A stretch of 64,000 nt of DNA, from the NCBI GenBank assembly GCA_903859205.1, contig CAIOLM010000018.1, positions 10,895-74,894 on the forward strand. The letters run 5' to 3'. The stretch's first letter is position 1; each line of letters opens with the position of its first letter. Source of the stretch: an uncultured Microbacteriaceae bacterium (GTDB taxonomy: Bacteria; Actinomycetota; Actinomycetes; Actinomycetales; Microbacteriaceae). The translations under genes and the position numbers were made by a program. Below, piece by piece: positions 8,933 through 17,947 of the stretch. Under the pieces are notes generated by a model. It worked only from the letters and a program-made list of their open reading frames with translations, was not told the DNA's origin and searched no databases.

Positions 8933-9547
8933 CTAGAACATGTCTGGACTGGGTGCACTTGCAAAGAGCACGAGAACATCCGCGTGCACGTCATAGCGAT
9001 AGCCGGTTCCGCGAACGGTGCGCACGATGTCTTCGAAGCGACCGAGCTTTGAGCGCAGGCGCCGAACGTGAACATCGATGGTTCGGTCGTTCGGGATGTC
9101 TTCTTCGTCTGCACGCCACAACGCCGCGATGAGATCGGTGCGACTCACCGTCTGCCCTTTGTGCAGAACCAAGTACTGCAGTAGCTCGAATTCCTTGAAC
9201 GTTAACGGTGCCGGTTCGTCGTCGATGAGCACGCGCTTGCGGGAGATGTCCACAACCACGCCGCCTGACTTCTCATCACGCGATCGAACCTTCGAAACCG
9301 CCGACGGCTCCTGAAGCGCAAGTCGCACGACATCGACGTCGCGCCCGCCCGCTGACTCGGGGGCGAGTGCAACCGCGGCATAAGTTTCGGCGCTGGGGGC
9401 CAGCTCGCTGGTCAGGTTCTTCAGGGCCTCAACGAGCTTCGAGAGATCGATGCCGTTGGCGGCTGCGGTTGCTTCATCGATGCCCACGTAAAGGGCGAAT
9501 CCGCGCGCGGTTTTTGGCGACTTAGCAGGCTGCTGGTCGGGTGACAT
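8933..9547 (-). CDS. Orphan OmpR/PhoB-type winged-helix transcriptional regulator without a recognisable receiver domain
   Basis: C-terminal LTFKEFELLQYLVLHKGQTVSRTDLIAALW...RTIDVHVRRLRSKLG...IRTVRGTGYRY. The N-terminal ~100 aa lacks the acidic-pocket/Asp/Lys receiver pattern. Confidence 0.8.
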   Translation of the reverse strand: MSPDQQPAKSPKTARGFALYVGIDEATAAANGIDLSKLVEALKNLTSELAPSAETYAAVALAPESAGGRDVDVVRLALQEPSAVSKVRSRDEKSGGVVVDISRKRVLIDDEPAPLTFKEFELLQYLVLHKGQTVSRTDLIAALWRADEEDIPNDRTIDVHVRRLRSKLGRFEDIVRTVRGTGYRYDVHADVLVLFASAPSPDMF

Positions 9548-9824
9548 GTGGTGTCCTTAGATGATGAAAGTGGTTCCTCGTGACCAGCGATGACGCTGAG
9601 GTTCTGGGGGAACGGATTGTCGAATGATGAGGTGAAGCTGCGAGAAACTAGCGACACATTCGACAGGCGTCATTCACACCGGCCATCATCGAGCCGGCAC
9701 AACACGTCATCGCTGAAGCGATGGAAGGCTGAACGCGCGTGAACATAACAAAAGTTAACCGGAGTGCCTGCGCTTGTGTCAAACCCATCGGTCGCTCACG
9801 CGAACTTCTCGCCTAGGCTCGTTG

Positions 9825-10319
9825 ATGTCGAAAGGACTCCTGGTGTCGCTGCGCGTTTCCCCCGAGCACGAAGCGTGGATGAGGCGTGCCCTTGAACAGG
9901 CCGAACGCGCCCGTGCCGCGGGAGATGTTCCCGTCGGCGCCGTCATTATCGACGCCGAGGGAAACCTTGTCGCCGCGGGCTACAACACTCGTGAGATCAG
10001 TCACGATCCGACCGGCCACGCTGAGGTTGAAGCGATTCGAGCAGCGGCTGCGGCAACCCAGTCGTGGCGCCTTACGGATGCCACGCTCTTCGTCACGCTC
10101 GAACCGTGTGTGATGTGTGCCGGTGCGATTCTTGCCGCGCGCATCCCTCGGGTTGTTTTTGGAGCCTGGGACGAAAAGGCAGGCGCTGCTGGATCGGTGC
10201 ACGACCTGCTGCGCGATCGCCGACTCAACCATCAGGTCGAGGTCATCGGCGGAGTGCTTGAGTCAGAGTGCTCGAGTGCGCTTACTGAGTTTTTTCGAGG
10301 CCGCGAAGCCACGTCCTGA
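9825..10319 (+). CDS. tadA: tRNA adenosine(34) deaminase
   Basis: HAEVEAIRAAA and TLEPCVMCAGAI zinc motifs. Track ORF 9774 trimmed to ATG 9825 (MSKGLL...). Confidence 0.9.
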   Translation: MSKGLLVSLRVSPEHEAWMRRALEQAERARAAGDVPVGAVIIDAEGNLVAAGYNTREISHDPTGHAEVEAIRAAAAATQSWRLTDATLFVTLEPCVMCAGAILAARIPRVVFGAWDEKAGAAGSVHDLLRDRRLNHQVEVIGGVLESECSSALTEFFRGREATS

Positions 10320-10989
10320 GCATCTGTGCGCTGGCCTCTTGCATGCGCACGTTGAGCTCTTCATGCTCACGCATCAGCTCGACTTCCGATAACCCTTGAT
10401 TCGCAACTGACTCTCGTCCGTCGGCAAGCCACTGGCGGTATATCTCGACGGTGACTTCGGGGTGGAACTGAATCGCCAGAGCCCAGTCATCGATGGCAAA
10501 CGCTTCGTTGGCGTAATCGCTGCTTCCGGCCAAGCGCGTTGCTTGCTTGGGCAGCGTGAAGGTATCGCCATGCCACTGCACAACCGGGACACCGTCGAAA
10601 ACGGCGACAGGTGAAGTCGCGCCCTCGGGGGTTGGCGTGACCGTACGGTATCCGATTTGGGTGGAATCACCCTTGTAGACCTCGCCGCCGAGTGCACTGG
10701 CCATAATCTGCGCGCCGAAGCAGACCCCGAGTGTGGGTCGCTGAGCTTCGAGGCGCGAGGCAAGCCACTTCTCTTCCTCAGCGATGTAGGTCAGGTGGTC
10801 CTTTTCATAGACACCGCTGTCGTTGCCCAGAACGACCACGACGTCGGCTGCAGAGGAGTCGAGCGACGAGAGATCGACGGAACGAGCATCCACAATCTCA
10901 ATGTCGTAGCCGGCCTCGCGAAGCACCGGCTCGAGGTTACCCAAGCTAATCGAGGGGTCGTGCTCGATAACGACCGCGCGCTTGCTCAC
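10282..10989 (-). CDS. Class I glutamine amidotransferase (GMP-synthase-like GATase1 domain protein)
   Basis: 235 aa. GVCFGAQIMASALGG nucleophile elbow; FHPE near the C-terminus. Confidence 0.85.
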   Translation of the reverse strand: MSKRAVVIEHDPSISLGNLEPVLREAGYDIEIVDARSVDLSSLDSSAADVVVVLGNDSGVYEKDHLTYIAEEEKWLASRLEAQRPTLGVCFGAQIMASALGGEVYKGDSTQIGYRTVTPTPEGATSPVAVFDGVPVVQWHGDTFTLPKQATRLAGSSDYANEAFAIDDWALAIQFHPEVTVEIYRQWLADGRESVANQGLSEVELMREHEELNVRMQEASAQMLRTWLRGLEKTQ

Positions 10990-11948
10990 TCGAGGCCCTT
11001 CAGAACGATGGTGTCGGTGTCGGTTGCGCCCTTCTTGGTGGCGCGCTGCACGTCGGGCTCGATGTAGATGATTCGCGCCGATGCAACCGCGGCCCGGATG
11101 CGCGCTTCTATGGCATCGATTTCCGAGGCCACGGTGGCCAAGTTTTTCTTCGGTGAGAACGCGAGCTTGGCCCCCACCATCAGCTCGTCTGGTCCGAGGT
11201 ACAGGGTCTTCATGTGGATGATGTTCTCGGATTCATTGCCCGCAAGGATCGCGACCTCGATGGCCTCGACGTCACCAGCCGACGCTCCCTCGCCCACGAG
11301 CAGCGCCTTGGTTTCGATTCCGAGCACGATGGCGACAACCACGAGAAGTGCTCCGATCAGCATGGTTCCGATGGCATCGAAGACGCTGTTGCCGGTCAGC
11401 GCTGTGAGGCCCACACCAAAGAAGGCGAAGATCAGACCGAGCAGAGCGGCGGTGTCTTCAAGAATGACCACAGGAAGCTCAGGGGCTTTGGCGTGACGAA
11501 TGAATGAACCCCAGCTCGCCGCTCCCTTCGCGGGCGCGGCCTCTCGCAAGGCGGTACGCAGGGAGAACGACTCGAGCACAATCGATACGGCCAACACCGT
11601 CATTGGCAACCACCACACCTCGAGGGCGTGCGGGTGAAGCAACTTTTCGTACCCCTCGTACAGCGCAAAAACGCCACCGACGGTGAACAAAATGATGGAG
11701 ACAACGAAAGCGTAGACGTAGCGTTCACGGCCGTAGCCAAAGGGATGCTTGGTATCGGCCACCTTGAGCGACTTGCGCCCACCAACAAGAAGCAAAATTT
11801 GGTTGATGGAGTCTGCGAGCGAGTGAATGGCCTCGGCCAGCATCGAAGACGCACCGGAGAATGCGAAAGCAACGAACTTTGTTGCCGCGATGCCGAGGTT
11901 GGCCAAGAGCGCCGCGACAATGGCACGAGTGCCGCCGGATGTACTCAC
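10986..11948 (-). CDS. Cation diffusion facilitator (CDF) family metal efflux transporter
   Basis: 320 aa. SSMLAEAIHSLADSINQ TM2 motif, six TM segments and a C-terminal cytoplasmic domain. AAGGGG SD before GTG 11948. Confidence 0.9.
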   Translation of the reverse strand: MSTSGGTRAIVAALLANLGIAATKFVAFAFSGASSMLAEAIHSLADSINQILLLVGGRKSLKVADTKHPFGYGRERYVYAFVVSIILFTVGGVFALYEGYEKLLHPHALEVWWLPMTVLAVSIVLESFSLRTALREAAPAKGAASWGSFIRHAKAPELPVVILEDTAALLGLIFAFFGVGLTALTGNSVFDAIGTMLIGALLVVVAIVLGIETKALLVGEGASAGDVEAIEVAILAGNESENIIHMKTLYLGPDELMVGAKLAFSPKKNLATVASEIDAIEARIRAAVASARIIYIEPDVQRATKKGATDTDTIVLKGLE

Positions 11949-11991
11949 TAAGTTCCCCTTGTCTGCTGTGCCTCAATCCTAGAATGAAGGC

Positions 11992-12858
11992 GTGAACTCA
12001 CAATCCGGGTCGACCCCTGCATCGGTCACTTTGCCCACGGTCGCCATTCTCGGCGCGGGGTCGATGGGTCGCGCAATTCTTGCCGGACTCCTGGCCGATC
12101 ATGTCACGGTGACCGGTGGCGTGCGCGTCACCAACCGCTCGGCTGAGCGTGCGCTTGACTTTGACGCCGAACCTCGTGTTACCGCGTGGGTGACCAGCAC
12201 CGATGAGACCGCGAATCGCAAAGCGGTTGCCGGTGCCAAGGTCGTCATCCTTGCCGTCAAGCCCGCGCAGATTGCCGAACTCGCCGCCGAGATTGCGGAT
12301 GCACTCGACCACGATGCGATTGTCGTGAGTGTCGCCGCCGGAGTGACCTGCTCAACGATTGAAGCCGCGCTCGCCGGAGTGGGGTCGGTTATTCGTGCGA
12401 TGCCGAACACTCCTGCCGCGATTCGCCTTGGCATGACCGGGCTCTCCGCTGGCTCAACGGCCAGCCCCGCCGACCTGGCTCACGTCGCCGAGGTGTTCTC
12501 TACGGTGGGCGACGTGCTCGTCGTTCCAGAAGACCGGCTCGATGCGCTGACCACCATCTCGGGTTCCGGGCCGGCCTACGTTTTCTACTTCATCGAGGCG
12601 CTCGAGGCCGCAGCTGTGGCACGCGGGTTCACGCCGGCCGAAGCTGCTCTGTTGGCTCAGTCCACGTTCCGCGGGGCGAGTCAGTACGCGCTGGAGAGTC
12701 AGAGCACCCCGCAAGAACTTCGTCGCGCGGTGACCAGCCCGAACGGCACAACCGAGCGGGCCATTGCAACCTTTGATGCGGCTGACCTCAAGGCCGTTAT
12801 CGATGCAGCCACCGCGGCTTCGCTCGCCCGCGCGCAGGAGATCGCTGCCGGAAAGTAG
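11992..12858 (+). CDS. proC: Pyrroline-5-carboxylate reductase
   Basis: 288 aa. ILGAGSMGRAI Rossmann, MPNTPAAIRLGMTGL, SPNGTTE. Confidence 0.9.
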   Translation: MNSQSGSTPASVTLPTVAILGAGSMGRAILAGLLADHVTVTGGVRVTNRSAERALDFDAEPRVTAWVTSTDETANRKAVAGAKVVILAVKPAQIAELAAEIADALDHDAIVVSVAAGVTCSTIEAALAGVGSVIRAMPNTPAAIRLGMTGLSAGSTASPADLAHVAEVFSTVGDVLVVPEDRLDALTTISGSGPAYVFYFIEALEAAAVARGFTPAEAALLAQSTFRGASQYALESQSTPQELRRAVTSPNGTTERAIATFDAADLKAVIDAATAASLARAQEIAAGK

Positions 12859-12897
12859 CCATATTCCTTCGGCGGCATACGGCGATAAACTCATGCC

Positions 12898-13368
12898 ATG
12901 AGCGACATCTTTGACGTCCTGGCTGACGACGACCGACGCACCATCCTGTTCTTGCTACTGGATGCGCAGATGAACGGCAATGCTGAACTGAGCGTCTCCG
13001 ATCTCGTCGCCAAAACCGGTCTCACCCAGCCCACGGTCTCGAAGCAACTCAAGGTTCTTCGCGAGGCCGGAGTTGCCGGGGTTCGTGAAGATGGCCAGCA
13101 CCGTCGGTACCACCTCGAGCCCGGGCCCTTGAGCGAGGCCGTTTCGTGGCTGAGCTACTTTGCTCCTCAGGTAGACGCGGGGGCAGATTCCGCCGGGTCG
13201 ACGTCGGCCCGCGCATCCGCCCCCCTCGACGACGATGTTCTTGAGATTGCTGCGTCCGTTGGTCGCGCGGCAGCCACGCTCTCCCATCAGGTTGGCTCGG
13301 TACTCGACGAGGCCCAAGGCACCGTTCGAAACTTCATCGAGCAGCTCGTCGCCAAGCTCGGTAAATAA
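12898..13368 (+). CDS. ArsR/SmtB-family winged-helix regulator with a C-terminal extension
   Basis: DDRRTILFLLL...LSVSDLVAKTGLTQPTVSKQLKVLREAGV...GQHRRYHL. Confidence 0.8.
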   Translation: MSDIFDVLADDDRRTILFLLLDAQMNGNAELSVSDLVAKTGLTQPTVSKQLKVLREAGVAGVREDGQHRRYHLEPGPLSEAVSWLSYFAPQVDAGADSAGSTSARASAPLDDDVLEIAASVGRAAATLSHQVGSVLDEAQGTVRNFIEQLVAKLGK

Positions 13369-13475
13369 CATCCGATTTTTGTCGGCCAAAAACTTGGCTA
13401 GACTGTCACGACGGTATTTCTCCGTCACTCCCGGCCGCACGATTCGTGGCCACGCCCGAAACATGTGAGGTTTGT

Positions 13476-13574
13476 GTGGGTTCAGTAATTAAGAAGCGCC
13501 GCAAGCGTATGGCGAAGAAGAAGCACCGCAAGCTCCTTCGCAAGACGCGTCACCAGCGTCGCAACAAGAAGTAG
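13476..13574 (+). CDS. 30S ribosomal protein bS22 (actinobacterial 32-33 aa basic protein)
   Basis: Too short for the ORF track. GTG 13476 translates to (M)GSVIKKRRKRMAKKKHRKLLRKTRHQRRNKK*, matching the conserved MGSVIKKRRKRM.KKKHRKLL pattern. GAGG SD 5 nt upstream; a strong terminator follows; the proC-neighbouring position is the same as in mycobacteria. Confidence 0.85.
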   Translation: MGSVIKKRRKRMAKKKHRKLLRKTRHQRRNKK

Positions 13575-13598
13575 ACACTTCTTCAAAAAACGACGAAA

Positions 13599-13626
13599 GC
13601 GCCCGCCCTACGGTGGGCGCTTTTCG
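13599..13626 (+). terminator. Rho-independent terminator after the bS22 gene
   Basis: gcgcccgcc-ctac-ggtgggcgc 9-bp stem followed by TTTTCG. Confidence 0.7.
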
Positions 13627-13649
13627 CATGCCTTGCGTAGGCTAAATCC

Positions 13650-13895
13650 GTGATCACCCTCACCCTCATTGGCCGCGATGGCTGTCACCTGTGTGACGAC
13701 GCCCGAGCCGTGGTGATGGATGTTCTCGCCGAGTTTCCGCAGGCGCAGTTACTCGAGGTTTCGATTGACGATGACGAGGCGCTGCGGGCAGAGTACTGGG
13801 AACAGATTCCGGTGCTGCTCATCAACGACAGGGTGCACAACTTCTGGCGGATAGACCCCGACCGACTTCGTTCAAAGCTCAAGGAGGAGCAATGA
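13650..13895 (+). CDS. Glutaredoxin-like protein (DUF836/YruB-like)
   Basis: 81 aa. LTLIGRDGCHLCDDA CxxC motif, ...IPVLLINDR. Confidence 0.75.
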   Translation: MITLTLIGRDGCHLCDDARAVVMDVLAEFPQAQLLEVSIDDDEALRAEYWEQIPVLLINDRVHNFWRIDPDRLRSKLKEEQ

Positions 13896-14194
13896 CCATT
13901 CGTCACACCGTGATCTGGAAGCTCAAGGCCGAAGACCCCCAAGAGAAGGCGGCAGTCGCGGCCGACATCCGTGAGCGCGTGGAGGCACTGGCCGAGATCA
14001 TCCCTCAGGTGCACAACCTCTCGGTGCGATCGAGTGATGCCGGATTGCCGACCTCGGGTGACGTCATTCTTGAGGCCGAATTCGACAACCTCGAAGACAT
14101 GCAGACCTACCTCACGCATCCCGCGCACGTTGCCGGTGTCGATTACGTCAAGGCGCTCGTCACAGCCGGGCTCACGGTCGACTACGAGGTATAA
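13892..14194 (+). CDS. Dabb (stress-responsive A/B barrel) domain protein
   Basis: 100 aa. IRHTVIWKLK...LEAEFDNLEDMQTYLTHPAH. ATGA overlap with the upstream gene. Confidence 0.8.
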   Translation: MTIRHTVIWKLKAEDPQEKAAVAADIRERVEALAEIIPQVHNLSVRSSDAGLPTSGDVILEAEFDNLEDMQTYLTHPAHVAGVDYVKALVTAGLTVDYEV

Positions 14195-14197
14195 CGA

Positions 14198-14230
14198 ACA
14201 AGGCCCGCCCCTTTTCGGGACGGGCCTTGT
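14198..14230. terminator. Bidirectional stem-loop between convergent genes
   Basis: acaaggcccg ... cgggccttgt 10-bp arms flanking ccccttttcggga. Confidence 0.6.
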
Positions 14231-14247
14231 GCTCAAGCTGGGCGAAC

Positions 14248-14631
14248 CTAGCTTGCGAGGATCTTCTTTTTGAGAGCGGTGAACTCGGCTGCGCTGATTG
14301 CACCCGACTTCTTGAGCTTCTCAGCCTTGGCGATCTCGTCTGCGTGCGAAGTGCCGGCGACTTCCTTGATGTAGTCGTCTTGCGCCTTTTTCGCCTGCTC
14401 GTACATCGCCTGGCGACGCTTAGCCATTCCCTTACCGCGAACGATGAGGTAGATGAGCAGACCGACCCACCACGTGACGATGATCAGGATGACCCAGAGG
14501 GCCTTGGCGCCACCGCTGAGGTCGTGGTCAGCGAAGATGTCGGTGATGACCGAGAAAAGAATCATGAAGTACGTGATGAAAAAGAACACCATCACGAACC
14601 AGCCGAGGAAATCAAAAACGTTACTACCCAT
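14248..14631 (-). CDS. Small membrane protein with a PLD-nuclease-N-terminal-like (PLDc_N) TM domain + C-terminal SHOCT domain
   Basis: DLSGGAKALWVILIIVTWWVGLLIYLIVRG (PLDc_N pattern) and SHADEIAKAEKLKKSGAISAAEFTALKKKIL (SHOCT). The start is uncertain: ATG 14631 or GTG 14667. Confidence 0.6.
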   Translation of the reverse strand: MGSNVFDFLGWFVMVFFFITYFMILFSVITDIFADHDLSGGAKALWVILIIVTWWVGLLIYLIVRGKGMAKRRQAMYEQAKKAQDDYIKEVAGTSHADEIAKAEKLKKSGAISAAEFTALKKKILAS

Positions 14632-14710
14632 GAGAGGTATATGCCTTTCGTAAATGTGGAGGTACACCCTCCGTACTTTTAGTCTAGCCAGAGAGTATTA
14701 GGCTCGAGCC

Positions 14711-14965
14711 ATGTCTGATTCAGGAATCACTATGTATGGCGCTCAGTGGTGCGGCGACTGCCGTCGTTCCAAGTCATTGCTCGACACCCTCGGCATCGAC
14801 TACAACTACGTTGACCTCGAAGAAAAGCCGGAAGCGGCAGACGAGGCTCAGTCGATTTCGGGCCGCAAGAACATCCCGGTCATTGTGTTCCCGGATGGCA
14901 GCCACCAGGTCGAGCCCTCTGATTCCGATCTTCACGCCAAGCTCACTTCGCTCGGCGCGATCTAG
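14711..14965 (+). CDS. Glutaredoxin/mycoredoxin-like thiol oxidoreductase
   Basis: 84 aa. ITMYGAQWCGDCRRSK CxxC motif, ...NIPVIVFPDG. Confidence 0.7.
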   Translation: MSDSGITMYGAQWCGDCRRSKSLLDTLGIDYNYVDLEEKPEAADEAQSISGRKNIPVIVFPDGSHQVEPSDSDLHAKLTSLGAI

Positions 14966-15006
14966 CCAACTCTCGTCCGGCTCCACCGCAGGCCAAAGGA
15001 GGCCAC

Positions 15007-15279
15007 ATGAGTGAGTTCATGGTTGTGTGCACGTTCAAAGAAGGCACCGACATGGCCGATGTCATGAAGGTTGTTGCCGCGGAGCGCGACGCGGTTGCCA
15101 CGCTTCAGGCGGCCGGCACCATCGGCGTCGTCAAGCTGGCGACTCCGCAGGGCAAGGTCTTCATCGAAGCCCACTCCGCCGACATCGAGTCGGCTCGAGC
15201 AGTCATTGAAGCACTGCCCATGGCCCAGTGGTGGAACATCGAGCTCTACCCGATTGTTCCGCCCGCGCCGGTCGGTTAG
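15007..15279 (+). CDS. Muconolactone delta-isomerase-like (ferredoxin-like fold) small protein
   Basis: 90 aa. MVVCTFKEG...; the C-terminal EALPMAQWWNIELYPIVP resembles the MIase pattern GLPLFPYM.IEV.PL. Confidence 0.5.
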   Translation: MSEFMVVCTFKEGTDMADVMKVVAAERDAVATLQAAGTIGVVKLATPQGKVFIEAHSADIESARAVIEALPMAQWWNIELYPIVPPAPVG

Positions 15280-15318
15280 CTTTCGCTACGTCGACGGGGT
15301 CGGCTACTCGGGCCGCGA

Positions 15319-16662
15319 CTATGGCGTCAGGCGGTTCGGACCGCGGAAGAGGTAGGTTACCTCGCGCAGGTTCGGCTGGTGCAGCATCAGCATCATCACG
15401 CGTGACAGGCCCATGCCGAATCCACCGTGCGGCGGAACGCCGTAGCGGAAGAAGTCGAGGTAGAACTCGAGCTCTTCTGGCTTGAGACCCTTCTCGCGCG
15501 CCTGCTGTTCCAGAATCTCAACGCGGTGCTCTCGCTGAGCACCGGTGGTGATTTCGGTGCCGCGCCAAATGAGGTCGTACGAGCGAGTGATCGCCGGGTT
15601 GGCCTCATCGCGCATGTGGTAGAACGGGCGGATGCTCGTGGCGTAGTCGGTCAGGAAGACGAACTCGTGCCCGTAGGTCTCCTCCACGTAGGCGGCGATC
15701 TGGCGCTCGCCTTCCGGGTCCATGTCTTCGTCGTGACGAGGAACCTCGTAGCCGCGCTCGGCCACAATCTTCTTTGCCTCAGCCAGCGGGATGCGCGGGA
15801 ACGGCAGCGACGGAACAACGACGTCAACGTCGAAGAGTTCCTTGATTGCGTCGCCGTGCTTCTCTTTGACGGCAGAGATGGCGAAGTGCAGCAGCTCTTC
15901 TTGCATCTTCATGACGTCCTCGTGGCTGTCAATCCAGCTGATCTCGGCGTCGACCGAAATGAACTCGGTGGCGTGACGCGAGGTGAACGAGGGGTCGGCG
16001 CGAAAAACAGGTGCGATCTCGAAGATCTTGCCGAAACCGGCCGACTGGGCCATCTGCTTGAAGAACTGCGGGCTCTGTGCGAGGTATGCCTTGGTCTCGA
16101 AGTACTCGATTTCGAACAACTCAGCGTTCGACTCGGATGCGCTGGCCATGAGCTTCGGGGTGTGAATCTCGATGTAGCCACGATCGATCCAGAACGTGCG
16201 CATCGCGTGCTCGAATGTGGTCTGTGCACGGAACACCAGGTTGTTGCGAGCGGTGCGCAGGTCGATGAAGCGCCAGTCCATGCGCTTGTCGATTCCCGAG
16301 TCAGCAGCGATGGGAGTTTCAGGGATTGCGGCAGCGGCAATCTCAATGTCGGCGACCTTGACTTCGAGGCCACCGAGCTTCACGCGCTCGTCGAGCTTGA
16401 GCTCGCCGGTGACGGTCAAGAAAGTGCCCTGAGCTAAGCCTGAAATGACGTCGGCCACGGCATCCCGCTCTTCGGGAACCGGGTGAACCAGCTGAGCGGC
16501 TCCGGTCTCATCGCGAAGAACAACAAACTGCACCTTCTTCTGGTCGCGAACGGTCTCGACCCAGCCGGAAACAGTAACGGGACCCTCGGGCGTTGCCGCG
16601 AGGTCCTTGATAAGAATGCGTGCAGTCACAATCCCCGAGTTTACCGGTCGCTTTCCCAGCAT
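15319..16662 (-). CDS. aspS: Aspartate--tRNA ligase, short type-2 (archaeal/eukaryal-like) form
   Basis: OB-fold N-terminus, QSPQFFKQ, class II motifs and the C-terminal FRGPNRLTP. Track start 16677; ATG 16662 (MLGKRP..) is preferred because it leaves room for the divergent gene. Confidence 0.85.
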   Translation of the reverse strand: MLGKRPVNSGIVTARILIKDLAATPEGPVTVSGWVETVRDQKKVQFVVLRDETGAAQLVHPVPEERDAVADVISGLAQGTFLTVTGELKLDERVKLGGLEVKVADIEIAAAAIPETPIAADSGIDKRMDWRFIDLRTARNNLVFRAQTTFEHAMRTFWIDRGYIEIHTPKLMASASESNAELFEIEYFETKAYLAQSPQFFKQMAQSAGFGKIFEIAPVFRADPSFTSRHATEFISVDAEISWIDSHEDVMKMQEELLHFAISAVKEKHGDAIKELFDVDVVVPSLPFPRIPLAEAKKIVAERGYEVPRHDEDMDPEGERQIAAYVEETYGHEFVFLTDYATSIRPFYHMRDEANPAITRSYDLIWRGTEITTGAQREHRVEILEQQAREKGLKPEELEFYLDFFRYGVPPHGGFGMGLSRVMMLMLHQPNLREVTYLFRGPNRLTP

Positions 16663-16694
16663 TCTCACCTGAAGCACGCGCCTAGACTTGACGG

Positions 16695-17354
16695 GTGGTT
16701 GCCCAGCAGATTCATCTCGTGCGCCACGGCGAGGTTTTCAACCCTGACCGTGTGCTCTACGAGCGCATCCCCGGGTTCGGGCTTTCTGAGCTCGGCGCCG
16801 CAATGGCCGGCACCGCGGCCGCTGACCTCAAGCTTCGCCACCGCGCGGTAACGCGCCTGATCGCCTCTCCGCTGCAGCGCACCCAAGAGTCGGCTCTGCC
16901 GTTTTCGCGGCTGTTTGCTCTCGAGATCGAGGCAGACGAACGCATCATCGAACCTCAGAACGCTTTTGCCGGCAAACGCATGCGTGGGCCGAATTCGGCG
17001 CTGAAAGATCCGTCGAACTGGAAGTTCCTGCTCAACCCGTTCCGCCCCAGTTGGGGAGAGGCGTATCGCTCGATTGCTGATCGCATGCTTGAGGCCATGA
17101 CACAGGCAGCACTCGAGACAGAATCAGGCGACGTCGTTCTCGTTAGCCACCAACTGCCTATCTGGATGGCCCACCGAGCAATCGCGAAAAAGCCATTCAT
17201 TCACGACCCGCGCCACCGCCGTTGTGCCCTCTCAAGCGTCACCACGTTCGAGCTCATCGATCCCGCTCGCCCCGAACTCGGGTTCCGTGAGGTTGGTTAC
17301 GCAAACCCGGCTGCTGCTCTCAACGAGGGTGCACTCGATGTGGGTGCCGTATGA
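16695..17354 (+). CDS. Histidine phosphatase (phosphoglycerate mutase-like) family protein
   Basis: IHLVRHGEV RHG motif. The position upstream of the ccdA/resB cluster matches other actinobacteria. TAGACT lies 6 nt before the GTG. Confidence 0.85.
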   Translation: MVAQQIHLVRHGEVFNPDRVLYERIPGFGLSELGAAMAGTAAADLKLRHRAVTRLIASPLQRTQESALPFSRLFALEIEADERIIEPQNAFAGKRMRGPNSALKDPSNWKFLLNPFRPSWGEAYRSIADRMLEAMTQAALETESGDVVLVSHQLPIWMAHRAIAKKPFIHDPRHRRCALSSVTTFELIDPARPELGFREVGYANPAAALNEGALDVGAV

Positions 17355-17947
17355 GGCGGTTCACCAAAGTGTCCGCGCTCGCCGTGGCCGTGGCATCGCT
17401 AGTTGCGCTCAGTGGCTGCGCCCAAGACACGCTTGCCGAGCAGTACCGCGCGGGCAGCGGCAAGAACTACGTCGCCGGTGACGGCTCAATCACCGAAGTC
17501 GCCATTGCCAACCGTGGCGCCGCCATCAACTTCACCGGCACCGACCTCGACGGTAAAAAGCTGAGTTCAGCTGAGCTGGCCGGCAAGGTTCTGGTCGTCA
17601 ACTTCTGGTACGCCGGATGCGCTCCATGCCGGGCCGAAGCCAAAGACCTCGAGAAGGTTTACTCCCAGTTCGCCGCCAAGGGTGTGGTCTTTATCGGGGT
17701 CAACGTGCGCGATGGCGCCGAGACCGCCAAGACTTTCAACGAGTCCTTCGGCATTACCTATCCGAGTGTGACCGATCTCGACGGCAAAGTGCAGCTCGCG
17801 TTCTCGTCGGCTGTCGCTCCCAATGCTGTGCCGACCACCCTCGTGCTCGACAAGCAGGGCCGAGTTGCGGCGCGCATCCTTGGTCGGGTGGCTGACTCGA
17901 CGATTCTGTCGACGCTGGTAGCCGAACAGGTCAAGGCAACCTCGTGA
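17351..17947 (+). CDS. TlpA/ResA-like thiol:disulfide oxidoreductase lipoprotein
   Basis: Lipobox LVALSGC; thioredoxin motif [12 protein letters not shown]. Confidence 0.85.
   Translation: MRRFTKVSALAVAVASLVALSGCAQDTLAEQYRAGSGKNYVAGDGSITEVAIANRGAAINFTGTDLDGKKLSSAELAGKVLVVNFWYAGCAPCRAEAKDLEKVYSQFAAKGVVFIGVNVRDGAETAKTFNESFGITYPSVTDLDGKVQLAFSSAVAPNAVPTTLVLDKQGRVAARILGRVADSTILSTLVAEQVKATS

Noticed and set aside
15427-16437. 336-aa + strand ORF
   Set aside because: It is antisense to aspS, which has class II synthetase motifs.
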